NCBI RefSeq assembly: GCF_001186125.1
Contig: NW_014040357.1
Coordinates: 15,623-53,194 of the forward strand
From: Sphaeroforma arctica JP610
Taxonomy: Eukaryota
Length of the DNA: 37,572 nt
Reading direction: 5' to 3'
In this document: positions 1 to 18,676 of the stretch, one piece after another
How positions within the stretch are numbered: position 1 is the first letter of the stretch
How the letters are laid out: each line of letters starts with the position of its first letter
Translations under genes and position numbers: made by a program
Notes under the pieces: generated by a model
What the model was told of the DNA's origin: nothing
Databases searched by the model: none
Seen by the model: the letters and a program-made list of their open reading frames with translations, nothing else

Positions 1-183
1 ACTATGTATACATATATATATCGAAATATATATGTTGAAGTATGTACAAAAGAGGATGTGTATCGGTATTTCTGAAAGAAATTTAGAACCTACATATATT
101 TAAACACATGTATATAAGAAACTTTCCGAATATTAAGATATAATTTCTAGTTCACACATCAGTACCACCTCGTGTAGACACAC

Positions 184-315
184 CTGGTGAACGTAGATCA
201 GACCCTTCCTGCTGTTGGGTGAGATTGTCTTACCATCTCGTTTACATCGACCTGCTTTAAACTCCAGTAGATACGGAGACACGCCCTGCTCATTGCTCGT
301 CGCGAATAAGGACAT
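184..315 (-). CDS. RPN13: First coding exon of a proteasomal ubiquitin receptor RPN13/ADRM1-like gene (start of Pru domain); the rest lies left of the window
   Basis: MSLFATSNEQGVSPYLLEFKAGRCKRDGKTISPNSRKGLIYVHQ matches the Pru-domain N-terminus (LxEFxAG...PxxRKGLxYxxQ). It is followed by a CAG|GTGTGT donor at 183. Confidence 0.85.
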
Positions 316-1676
316 TGTGTATAGATCAGCACGCGGATGTTATACAATTCTAAGCTTACTATGTGACTGTTTGGAATGGCTAAACGAACAAGCGCGCTTT
401 TATAATCTCGATTCTCCGAGTCTCGACTTGAATACATACACAAATACCACTATTGAACCACTCGTTTACTTCTATTATTGTTTACGTCAGTTTTCAGGGA
501 TGTCCAAAGTGTCAGTTCTAAAAATAGATAGCATTACACCGTAAATCGTTGGGTACAGAGACAACCGCTTTTTTTTGGCGACGGCTATATTTATTTAAGA
601 AAAACCCAAATCGATATGGCTGGTGGGATCAGGTGTGATGGGATCTAACTATACTTGAAAAATACAACAACAGATGGAGCCTGGACGTGTTTATGCATGA
701 CCTCTCTAGCTCTGGTAGTAGTGAGAGGCTAGAGATGGACCGCTGAATCCTCTTATTACTGTTTAAATAAGTGCACATGGATATCGTGTTTTCATACATA
801 TTTTTACTTGGCGTATAAAAGAAAGAACTCAAATTTCGAGCCAGAAATTGTTGCACAAAAAGTTCTTGGGGCCACTCTCCTCTCTCTTAGTCCGATCAGA
901 CATTCATTTATCCTCCACTTTGACTCTGAGAAGAGAGAGAGAGAGAGAGAGCCATACAAAACAAGTCAAATTTCAGCCTTCTCTCGCTTGATATCCAAAT
1001 AAATACAATATTCGAGAAAGTGTTCAATTATGAAGTGTAGGACAGATAAATTCCAAAATATGAACTTTTTTTAAAGGCATAGAACAGTATATGGACAACA
1101 GATGTACGCTGTACCCTTCAGCGCAATGCCTCCTGCACTTGTTAGGTGTCACACCCTACATAGTACATAGTACATACATACACATGTGTATTTAGTACGA
1201 CTTCAATACTATTTACAACTAATAGTATGTACTACAGAATTCAGAACAACTACTTAAGACGAAATTCGAAAGTAATAAGGCGTTGCCATTGGTGGAAAAC
1301 AGATAAGCATTTTAAACAGTATAATAGGCATTGGACAATGGACTCTGGTGAAGGCGCTGCGTCGATTCCCAGTTCTCTCCTCTTGTTGTATGGTATAAAA
1401 TATAATATTTCTATTTTTTTTACAATAATAAAAAAGTAAAAAAACGTATACTTCTTCTATGAGACTGTCGCCTGTCGCCCCCGTCGTCACTCGTCGCTGT
1501 AATCAGATATTATATATATATTACATTCTATATATTGTGTAGACCGTTCTGTATAAAAATATTCAGGTGCTTTACATACACTTCATGTATGTCTTCCTAT
1601 ACGGATCCAGACGAGCGTTATATAATTCATTTACACCTAAGGTAGACCCCGTGTATCTTCTCTATACATAGCAAGT

Positions 1677-7835
<6,159 letters not shown>

Positions 7836-8305
7836 TCAGTTGTTCGGAAATAAATTTAGTTATACATTTTGTATATACCGAGTACAGTACATACGATTGA
7901 GAGGTCCGCATGCAAGTTTCAAGCGTGTTGTACACACTCATAGCATCGAGAGCCATGCCTGTTGTGCTACGGAAACTGCTGAACTTAATGCGCTTTCGCA
8001 TTCATTTGGCGTGCGGTGTACTTCGCATACGTGATGATAAACGTTCATTTTAGTAACACCAGGTCGTTAACACAGTCAGTCCTCGTGGTCAACCCCACCA
8101 CCACCACCACCACGTTTGTGATTCAATGCAACAACACAAGGGTATAATTCGCGAAGCATCGACGTTGCAACGAACAATAAAACGCGTCCGTTTATTTGCA
8201 TACTATACTACTATTTGGTGCAAGACCTAGTACATACGATGAATAAGCTCTTGCCTTAAACTAATTTCGTCACAAGTAGTACTCAGCACAATCCATCCAT
8301 CCATC

Positions 8306-10811
8306 CTACTCGTCGAAGAAGTTGGATATATTCCATTCGTACACCGGCCTTGAGTTTGCCGGGTTTGAATTGGCCCAGACCTTCACATTGCCGGTGGCTG
8401 CGTCCAACAAGTAGGTGACCAGTGTGGTGGGAGTGTAAATGGGGTAGTGCTTCTCCTCCGTATCTCCAAGCCGTGCGACGATATCGTGGCCATTGCGACT
8501 GGTGGTAAGGCATCGCTGCGCAGTTGTCTCCAGTCAGTGGACTTTGTGCGCTGCTCCCCTTTCACGGAGGGCACCTGGGGAAGTATAAGGTAGTGTGAGA
8601 ACAGAAGGGGAGGCGGTTGAGATTCTTTACTTGGATCTGAACGGTCAGTTAGTACTGAGATGGCGTAGAAATCCGCTGGCTATAACTACCAAGGTAAATA
8701 GAAAAACTTGAAATAAAACCAAAATCAAATCTCATTCTGTATATGTCAGCAACAATGCATAAACTAATACTTCATCCATCATGACTTAATAGAATGCCAT
8801 AGATACTGCATGCCCTGTGACCAGAGAGGCAAATCACGTGTGTGGATGGCCCAATTGTGGCGACACATTCACATTCGTGGTGTCTAATGTGACCACAGTA
8901 CATTTGCATTCGGTGTGTGTATGGCCCATAAATAGTACATTTGCCTTCGGTGTGTGTATGCCCATAAATAGTACATTTGCATTCTGCGTGTGTATGCCCA
9001 TATATAGTACATTTGCATTTGGTGTGTGTATGCCCATAAATAGTACATTTGCATTCGATGTGTGTATGGCCGCCCAAACAATCGTCGGCCCTTGTTTGAT
9101 GTGATATGTAGCACTCGCCCCTACGACTGACACGGTGGCGCAGTCGATTGCAAGGGTGTCTCTTGCCGCTTCAAAATTATCCACTTCCATACTCCAAGCC
9201 ATCACCAAACTGAAGTAACACACATAGCATGCAAGCTCTGCCTTACCTTCAAGTGTTTGTAGTCGTTGAAGTGTGACTTATTCTTGTTAAGTATTTGAAC
9301 GCTGCTAGAGTCCTCCCATACCTCGATGTTGCCCGCAAGGTTCTCCTTGCACGACACTACGTTCAAGCTGTGGAGTAATCGGCAAATTTGTATATATATA
9401 CATTGGTACTATCATTTTGCATGCACCAGGGTGCGAATTCAACAATCTTATGTTAGAGAGGGGCCTGCTGTGGCGTGTGGTGAGCATTCACCGGAAATCC
9501 TAACCTGCATCTTATCATACAAAATACAACGCACCCCCAAAGATATGAGGAAAGTCACTCTGCAAGAAAAGCTTCTAAAGCTGAATCTAGTAGATCTACA
9601 CAGCACACATGGAAGATCTGAGAAACCCACACAGTGATAAAAGCTGTGTGAGACTAGATCCAGACTTACTTGTAGCCCATGATCTGGCCGGGTGTCTCTA
9701 AGGCCTTGACACATTCCTCGAAAGTGTTTGACAGCATTACCGATCACCATTCCCGGATAACACAGCCCTGCCACTGGCAGTCTACCGGATTCCTTTGTGA
9801 AATGATACGCTACGAAGTATACGTAAGGACGCACATCGTTGCTCCAGTCCTCGTTGTGGCCTGTACGTGTCCAAATCAAAATTAATCGGGTCAGCATAGA
9901 GGGTGCATATTACACTTTGGGCGCGTGTGGTTGGTAATAATGCAATCGTCTCCAGATCTCTTCTACTGACACCAGATTCGTTATTCTGAATATAGTATGA
10001 GTTGGCTACAAATGCATGTGAGCCCAGAGCTTCACTGCACTTGCACACAAGCATTTTCAGCAAAGCTTTTGAGTACCCAGAACATATAGATATATGCATA
10101 CATGCATGTATACATTCAGAATGTATACATAACCCAGAATATATACCGTGAGCAATCTTGCCGTCATCCTCACTCATAAAGTCGCTGCAGTGCTCGTACT
10201 TGGTGCCGTCCACCTTGGCACTGTTGTTGTCTTGGTGCGCTAGATTGTTCAGCTCTTGCAATAGATTAATCATCCAGATATATTTCATTGGTACTCGTGC
10301 GCCGTCGGATATTCCTCTCATTCCTTCGACATATTGAGGATACACTCTGGTACTAACAGCCACCATTCTCTTGAAAGCTACACGGCCTAACTCTGAGTTT
10401 TCGATGAACTTCAAAAGGTCTATATTTTCCTTCACCTGTAAATGTAGTATGTGGGTGACTGTTGATAGTACCGCCATATTTAGCATTGTCAGTTGCGTAG
10501 CTAATGGTTAGATATTTCACTTGTGCGTAAGCAACTACGGATGAAAGTAGTTGAAAGCCCACAAGATACACACCACGCATCCACAAGTGACGATAGCATG
10601 AACAATATGTTTATATTACATAACAATGGGTACATTAGTAATTGATAATATGCGCAAACAAGAGCAGATTATATCCTATCTCATAGGTAACTAGAATAAA
10701 AATTTGTCACCGTTATTGTACCCACAAAAAATGCACACATATACACACACATATATATATATATATACATATGTATATATACGTGTGTGTGTGTGCGTGT
10801 GTGTGTGCGTG

Positions 10812-10842
<31 letters not shown>

Positions 10843-11316
10843 GAGGATGATCATCCACGAATACATTAACTTGATAAAATATACAGCAACCTCATATATG
10901 CAACTATGTCCCGAAAGTAAACTCAAAATACAACCATAGTTGGGCTGCACGGACATGAGAAGATAACATTATATCATATTTACTGTCTTTCTAAATTTTA
11001 ATAGTTGTTAACTTCTATCCGGGACATGCTTGTATAGTATTTATCTAGCAGTTGAGGTTCCGTGACTATTTTGCGACAGTCGTCTGCAATTATATATAAT
11101 TACCGTAAATATGTAGTCAGCAATTAGGCTCTGTGCTTTTTTCCCGTGATCATAGCCAGCCTGATAGAGATCATTGACCTTTCTCACGTGGAATAAAGGT
11201 GGAGCCTTAAGATTTTCCTTCTGTTCCCTTGTTTGGGGTAAACGGACAGCGTTCGCGTCACATACTGCACTAAGTGCTAGTAATGCAGCGATAGTAGTCA
11301 GAGCTATTCTGATCAT
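8306..11316 (-). pseudogene. Secreted peptidase C45 (acyl-CoA:6-APA acyltransferase/Tan-like Ntn hydrolase) gene with two frame lesions
   Basis: Exons: 11316-11104 (signal peptide-like MIRIALTTIAALLALSAVCDANA; YQAGYDHG), 10435-10147 (YPQYVEGMRGISDGA; EHCSD with the putative nucleophile Cys), 9860-9670 (GHNEDW..LCYPG..GNA, then frame change to SNTFEECVKALETPGQIMGYN), 9367-9247 (LNVVS..NIEV..SHFNDYKHLK), 8574-8306 (STDWRQLR..LPP, then frame change to DIVARLGDTEEKHYPIY..TLVTYLLD..NFFDE*). Splice phases are consistent. Confidence 0.75.
8897..9070 (+). repeat. 36-bp minisatellite, ~5 copies (AGTACATTTGCATTCGGTGTGTGTATGCCCATAAAT), intronic
   Basis: Units start at 8897, 8934, 8970, 9006 and 9042. 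Confidence 0.95.
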
Positions 11317-12027
11317 ACTCAATTGGCCGTTCGCTGTGATCTCGTGAGCTGCTACGGATATATTGAACAGAATAGGGTGCACCCAAATCGAAGAAGCGTG
11401 TTTATTTATATGTTCACAACACTTGTCTTCTCATTATAGTCAGTCTCTAGCGAATACATCCGAAGAAATTGCATTCGATGATAAATGATCAATCACAATT
11501 CAAAAAAAAAAACTCTTTATTTGGGAATTTAAAGTCAGTAAGCGCGCTTGACGATTTGACACTTGAAGAGTTGAGTCTTGACACTCGACAGAGGTCAGAC
11601 TGACAGTGCCAGAGTGCTGTATCACTGTCAGTGGCACATATTTATTGTTTTTTCTATATAAAAATTTGGAGAAATAATAATAAAAAAGCAACAAAAATAA
11701 TCTTTGTTTGACCCGCGTGTAAAATTCGACCAATGTATTATTGTTATTTATTAATAAAAATAAATCAAACATAAAAGAAGCAAAAAAACACTAAACCAAA
11801 ATTTAAAAAAAGGAATTGCGCAATGCGTACACTGATGTTTCGAGTAATTATCACATTTTTTAACTACTCCATGGCATGTAAATCATTGTCCGTAGCAATA
11901 CATCTACTATTTATATGCCCGGTGCCGTATGCGGTAAATATGCGGGTTGCGGGCCTGCGGCTGTGCTAGCTAGACTACTAGGCAGTATGCAGGAAAAAAT
12001 ATATCATTCATAATGAGATTTGTTAAG

Positions 12028-12180
12028 ACTGCGACCACTATGCCTGCGACTCTCGATTGCGACCACTATGCCTGCGACTCTCGACTGCGACCACTATGCC
12101 TGCGACTCTCGACTGCGACCACTATGCCTGCGACTCTCGACTGCGACTACTATGCCTGCGACTCTCGACTGCGACAATTA
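12028..12180 (+). repeat. 28-bp tandem array within the left MULE TIR (ACTGCGACCACTATGCCTGCGACTCTCG), ~5 copies
   Basis: Directly visible; mirrored by ~2.5 inverted units at ~20050-20160. Confidence 0.9.
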
Positions 12181-13029
12181 TGTCTGACGCTGTCGCCTGC
12201 GACCTGACGCTGTGAACCATATGCCTGCCATTAACATATTATCTATAAATAAATAAATAAAAACAACTTGCAGTGCCATTTTATTAATAAAACCAATGTA
12301 GAAAATATAGATAAATAAAAACATGCTGTACTATAATAGTTTTAAAAATAAAACCATGACGCGAGTTACAAAATTATTATTGCTGATATGTATGTGTTTT
12401 ATGCGGCTTTATGCCAGCCATACATTAGAAGTTGGGAGATTGTCGCTGAGACATTGACATACGCACAATTGTATTACTATATCTATGACTGAAAAGGAGG
12501 CATGTGATACACACAATACACGGTCAAGGAAAGCTACACAAAATTACAAATACAGCTTTTAGACCCCAACTAAAGTTGTATCGTCGGATCGTGTCATTAT
12601 TTGCATAAATTGACAGTAATTGATTATAATAGTTAGTGTATATAGTTTGGGAATCATGAAGTGTACACTGATATCATCTCTTAGGAATCCCAAAGAGATA
12701 TTAGCTACCTTATTACGATATTACGATATAATTGTGCACGATGGACTCTACAAGCAAAATTTCCACGTAGTCTCTTGTCAATACTATCTCGATTCTACTT
12801 TTGAGGAGACACAATCTCGGTTGCTCCGATAAAGCACAACAATTAAAAATGTTGCGGGTGTGCGGTGGTCGATAGATAGAATGGACGAGTTCGTCGCTAT
12901 ACTAGCAGCCGGTATTACTTTATCCACGTATACTACATCCCGAATTGGCGCTACATGGTTTCACAGAAGGAGATAGAGAGTGGAAATCAGGATATGGACG
13001 AAAAGGTCTGAACCTACCACAAGTAAGTG

Positions 13030-13825
13030 TTGCGTATTATTTTTGCGTCTTATTCTTGCGACTATTTTTGCGTCTTATTTTGTGTGACTATTGCATGCGT
13101 CTTATTTATGCGACTATTGCATGCGTCTTATTTTTTGCTTATTTATGCGACTATTGGATACGTTTTATTTATGCGACTATTGCATACATCTTATTTTTCA
13201 CGACTATTGCGTGCGTCTTATTTATGCGACTATTGCATGCGTCTTATTTATGTGACTATTGCATGCGTCTTAATTTTTGTGATTTTTGCATACTTCCTTT
13301 TTTTGTGACTATTGCATGCGTCTTATTTTTTGCGACTATTGCATGCATCTTATTTATGGGACTATTGCATGCGTCTTACTTTTGCGACTATTGCAATGCG
13401 TCTTATTTATGCGACTATTGCATACGTCTTATTTTTACGACTATTGCATGCGTCCTATTTATGTGACTATTGCACGCGTCTTATTTATGCGACTATTGCA
13501 TGCGTCCTATTTTTTGTGATGCTTGCGTCTTANNNNNNNNNNNNNNNNNNNNCAATGTATTATCTCAATTGATCTTGATATTTTAGACTGACCGGAGGCC
13601 GTATTTCTACAACAGCGACTATGAGAGTCATACCATATGTTCATACATTGTATCATACATACTTGCCTTTTTTGAAAAAAATAATATTATTATCCCTATT
13701 GCATGCGTCTTTTTTTTTGCGAATATTATCCCTATCGCATGCGTCTTATTTTTTGCAACTAACGCATGCGTCTTATTTATGCGACTATTGCATGCGTCTT
13801 ATTTTTTGCGACTATTGCATGCGTT
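13030..13825 (+). repeat. 26-bp minisatellite (GCGTCTTATTTATGCGACTATTGCAT) in a MULE intron, interrupted by a LINE 3' end
   Basis: Period 26 (e.g. 13097, 13123), between a GTAAGT donor at 13023 and an AG acceptor at 13854. Confidence 0.9.
13553..13695 (+). mobile_element. 3' end of a non-LTR retrotransposon inserted in the MULE intron (5' part hidden in the 20-N gap)
   Basis: 13612-13695 is nearly identical to the reverse complement of 30330-30409, the 3' terminus of the LINE; it ends ATTATTATCC|CTAT. Confidence 0.75.
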
Positions 13826-14689
13826 TTCCTTATTTGTTGCATACATTCGTGTAGGGAGGAAGTCAATAGGGAATCCATTATAGACTTGACTGGGCCACCA
13901 TTAGGGCGTCCAAAGTCAGATGTAGAATTGCAGCATAAGGACAGTGAACAGACCATAGTAAAAAAGGAGAGGCTGGCGCAACTACCTTTAGCACCCGGAT
14001 TCTTGAAAGGTGGGCAGGAGAAAGATGTGGCAAATTTGTTGTCGAACGTAGATCCGGACTTGATAAAACAGATACAAAATATAAGGAAGTTAGCGGGTAC
14101 AACAGTCATCGCAGATCACGGTTGGGAAGAGGAACTATCCGACGAACAAGTCTATGAGAAGGAACCCTCGATAGATTGGGATGGTGATATATCTTATGGT
14201 GGTAGTGACAGTTACAGTTCATTTTTAGATTTGAATGATTTCGATATGGATTTGGATTTCGATGGAAGTGCACACGTCGATGATCGAGGGTCTGGAGAGG
14301 AAGAAGAGCATGATGCTCCTAGCCCCCAGGCCGATAGTCGCAGTGGGGAGGATTCCGGTGACACAGATCCAGATATTGACCGTCGCAGACTATGGCCAAA
14401 ATTGGTGCAGGACATCACCGCTTGGAACTCTGCAATAACGCGTGAATTCAAATTTAGACCAGATAACAATGACAAAAAAATGTGTTTTTTTGGGAGATGG
14501 TGTTTCACCAGCACAGACACCATGGCTCTACAGTTGGCTCAAGATCTTGCACCGAATCATGGGATTCTGGTCACCAGTCAAAATATTTCGAAACAGGGCA
14601 AAGCAGGTAAGTTGGTGAAGTTGATTATCATATTACATGCTTCTTGTAAACGAATCTATACCTGCGTCTGTTCTGCGTCTGTCCTGCGT

Positions 14690-15340
14690 CGTATAGATGC
14701 GTCTTATATATGCGTTTTATATATGCTTCTTATATCTGCGTCTTATATGCGTCTTATATGTGCGTATTGTATATGCGTTTTATATATGCGTCTTATATCT
14801 GCGTCTTATATATGCGTCTTATATATACGTCTTATATATGCGTCTTATATATGCGTCTTATATATGCGTCTTATATATGAGTCTTATATCTCGTTTTATA
14901 TATACGTCTTATATCTGCGTCTTATATCTGCGTCGTATATATGCGTTTTATATATGCTTCTTATATCTGCGTCTTTTATATGCGTCTTATATATGCGTCT
15001 TATATCTGCGTCTTATATATGCGTTTTATATCTGCGTCTTATATCTGCGTCTTATATATGCGTCTTATATATGCGTCTTATATATGCGTCTTATATATGC
15101 GTCTTATATATGCGTCTTATATATGCGTCTTATATCTGCGTTTTATATATGCGTCTTATAGATGCGTCTTATATATGCGTCTTATATCTGCGTTCTATAT
15201 ATGCGTCTTATATATGCGTCTTATATCTGCGTCTTATATATGCGTCTTATATCTGCGTCTTATATATGCGTCTTATATCTCCGTCTTATATCTCCGTCTT
15301 ATATATGCGTCTTATATCTGTGTCTTGTATATGCGTCTTA
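14690..15340 (+). repeat. 13-bp tandem repeat (TGCGTCTTATATA) in a MULE intron
   Basis: Directly visible, ~50 units. Confidence 0.95.
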
Positions 15341-16117
15341 ACCGAGTATCGTCTTTTTTATTTTAAACATTCATAAAGTGTAGCAGATCTGGTCACCCAC
15401 TGGAGGCTCAGAATGAGAAGAGACGCGAGGATTCAAAAGTTGCAAATGAAAATCTATCACCACAAAGGCGTTCTAGAGCATCAATCAAGTGCGGTTGCAA
15501 GTTTGTGGTTCAAATTTATATGTTATGACCTCCTATGAGTAAGCTTTGCTAACATTTCATATAATAAGCTCCTTGCGACCATTATTATGTGCACGATAAC
15601 TGTACACTTGCTAAATTATCAATTTATTTACATCATATGTATGTTAGATTAATTTGCTGCATACAAAGCCACCAAAAGGGAAAGTGGGTGTTGAATTCAA
15701 AAAGGGCACAAAGTACACTGGGTGGGTACGACCAGGGTACCGCTTCTTTAGGCACACAAACGGATGTCATCCTAGTGATATTCAAGCTGCTGCAGCACAT
15801 ACAGCGAGTGGTAAACTATTCAGATTCGACGCCTTCGGGTTACAGGTAAGTACGTTAAACCTATTGTATATTTTGGGATAATGTCGTTTTATCTATTATC
15901 AATTATCATAATCCACTAATGTAAATCCTCCATTACCTTTACAGACTAAGAATACTCTTCTTACTTTGTCGACACGTCATTACGCCACCAAAAAATTCAA
16001 GAAGACTCTTATGAAGTTGTATCCAAATAATGTGGTCATCACTGCGCATACCGTCAGAAATATCAAACTCGTATGTTAATGACTCGTATGTTAATGCACA
16101 GTTAAAAAATATGATAT

Positions 16118-16292
16118 CTGCGCGTGTCGCCTGCGTCTTATATTTGTGACTTTCGCTTGCGTCTTATATTTATATCTGTGCGTGTCACCTGCGTCTTATA
16201 TCTGCGACTTTCGCCTGCGTCTTATATCTGCGACTTTCGCCTGCGTCTTATATCTGCGTCTTATATCTGTGACTTTCGCCTGCGTTTTATAT
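16118..16292 (+). repeat. 26-bp repeat (TGCGTCTTATATCTGCGACTTTCGCC) in a MULE intron
   Basis: Directly visible degenerate units. Confidence 0.85.
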
Positions 16293-18546
16293 GATCAAAT
16301 GGGGAGTAGAAACTGGTGAAAGTAAAAATATTTTAGGCGACATGAGGACTGCCTTGCCGGGGTTTTATGAGAGATCCTCGCCGTTTGCAGAGAATGAACG
16401 GATACCTGATGATGTTATAAATGAATTTTTGAGAATGCGGGAATGTGAAGAAACAATGAACGCGTAAGTATCCGGGTTGCGTGCCATCGTATAGTAATAA
16501 AGTTTATGAAGATTCGATAATTTTAAAGTTTAGTCTATTTTGAGTGTGCCCGCGTCTTGTGCCTGCGACTTGTGCCTGCGACTTATGCCTGCGACTTAAC
16601 CTTTTATTTAATCTGTGCCGCTTTCCTTGTACAGAACCGACTTTCTTGACTGGTTCCAATTTGCAAAGACACGGGATCCTAATTTGTTTGTAAGTAGATA
16701 TGTCGACCAAGTGACGGGCACCTTGAAAGGTCTATTTTATAACAACTATACAATGAGGCAATCTTATGCCAAATACGGAGGTATTGTGTGTATGGACACT
16801 CGACACAAGGGTAACAATACCTGGGGCTGGCAATTGGCCATTATGGTAGGACCGGGAAATGATGGCATAATCATACACTTTGGTGTTATGTTATTCTATA
16901 TGGAAACTAAAGCCACATATAAGTTTGCTCTCGATAGTTTACCGAGATCTTTGAGTCTTGGGCCAGGGGCGCCACTCAAGACGACAGTCGTGTTTGCTGA
17001 CGGGCTCCTTAGTCAGGCGGTTGTAAGTCCAGGGCAGTTCTTCTTCTCGGACAGGTATCATATCAAGCAAAACATTCACAAGAAATTGAAAGGTCTCTAA
17101 AGTGGTACTTTCAAGGATGAGATTCTCGCAGCCCTAAGTGCAGCAACAGGAGAAAGTTGTACAAGGCACTTTGAAGCTGAAATCCGGACTCTGGAATCTA
17201 GAGATGCAGACTTGGCTGCAACTTACATTGCCAGCCTCATGCGAATATCAAGACATCTTGCTGGTTGGGGGCTGAACGATAAACTGACTTTGGGACTCAA
17301 AGGCTCCCAGATGAGCGAGTCCACACATGCGCAAGTCAAAAGTTGGTTTAAGAACTTGCGACTGGATCCGCTTACCCTCATCAATGGCATTACAGATATG
17401 TGTAGCTTGACCCTAGTATCGCGCAGAAAAAAGAAGTTCAACTATGCAATGGAATACGGGTTGCCATTCGAAGACAAGCCGGCGAAACCAAGAAAATCTG
17501 AACCTCCACACATTGAAAAATGTCGCATGTGGGGATCTCGGAGATGCACGGAGAAGTTTATCGAAGAGGAGACCCTTAGTAAAGAATACCCAGTCCATCT
17601 TATTCCAGGTGTTAGAGATGGCCCTCCGGTTTACCAAGTCTTTCGCATTGAACTTGCGACTGGACCCGAACGCCATGTGAGATACTACCATGATGAAAAG
17701 CGGTAAGAATTGACTTGAATTTAGTTGTACGCACGCTTAAGTGGCAGACACAGGACGCAGGCATAAGACGCAGGCATAGGACGTAGGCATATGGCACAGG
17801 CACGAGTCGCACGCTAACGACACTACTGAAAATTTAATTTTTGTTATTATGTTATTATGTGTCTCCTTTCTGATATCGGTTACACTAAAGCTGCTCACAT
17901 ATTTTGGTTTTAGGTTGACGTGCACTTGTAAAGACTGGTTCAACTATGGGATGCCTTGCAGACACATACTTGCAGTGTGCACCCGCTTGGACTACCCGTT
18001 ATTCGAGGTGCCTTGTTTCCATGAACTTTGGAAATTCGACATTGAGCAACCCCCTGAGAATGTTTGCTCCCATATCGACGCGGAAGGCTACGACAATTCT
18101 GCGTAAGGAGGCATGCAAAATGATGATGTGATATTTGAGGATATGCAGGGGCTACGAGTACTAAGGCCACGGGCATGAAACATACAAGTGGTAGGTATAC
18201 ATCATACACGGACGAGAATTTCACCGAGTAGCAGGAACTGTGCTCTGGTGTATACGGTGGTGCACGTAATAATGGTCAGGTGCAGTTCCTTAAAGAACTA
18301 ACAGAAGTATTGGGCCAGATGTTCCAGAAGCTCAACGATACAGCTCACGGTCAGGATATATTTGCCGCTATAGGCAAGAGTTTATTGAGATACTCTGCGT
18401 TACAACGAGGGGAAGAAGGTCCTCCTAGCAGTCTTTTCGAGGACCCCGAGACCGTACCACGTCAGCCTGGAGGACAACAAATCAAACGTATGCATGGACC
18501 GGAGAGAAAACAGCAGTCGAAGATGAAAAAGCAGAAAGTAGAATCA

Positions 18547-18676
18547 GCCGCCGAAGCTGCTCCGGATGAGCCTGCCGCCGAAGCTGCTAAGGATGAGCCT
18601 GCCGCCGAAGCTGTTAACGATGAGCCTGCCGCCGAAGCTGTTAACGATGAGCCTGCCGCCGAAGCTGCTAAGGATG
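18547..18676 (+). repeat. 27-bp coding repeat, ~5 copies, encoding AAEA(A/V)(K/N/P)DEP
   Basis: In-frame repeat inside ORF 18280-19041. Confidence 0.9.

Noticed and set aside
12945..13572. Hydrophobic/Cys-rich ORFs
   Set aside because: Read-through of the 26-bp minisatellite.
14607..15376. C-terminal half of the 536-aa ORF and overlapping ORFs (YASYICVL repeats)
   Set aside because: Translation of a stop-free 13-bp intronic repeat after the GTAAGT donor at 14607.
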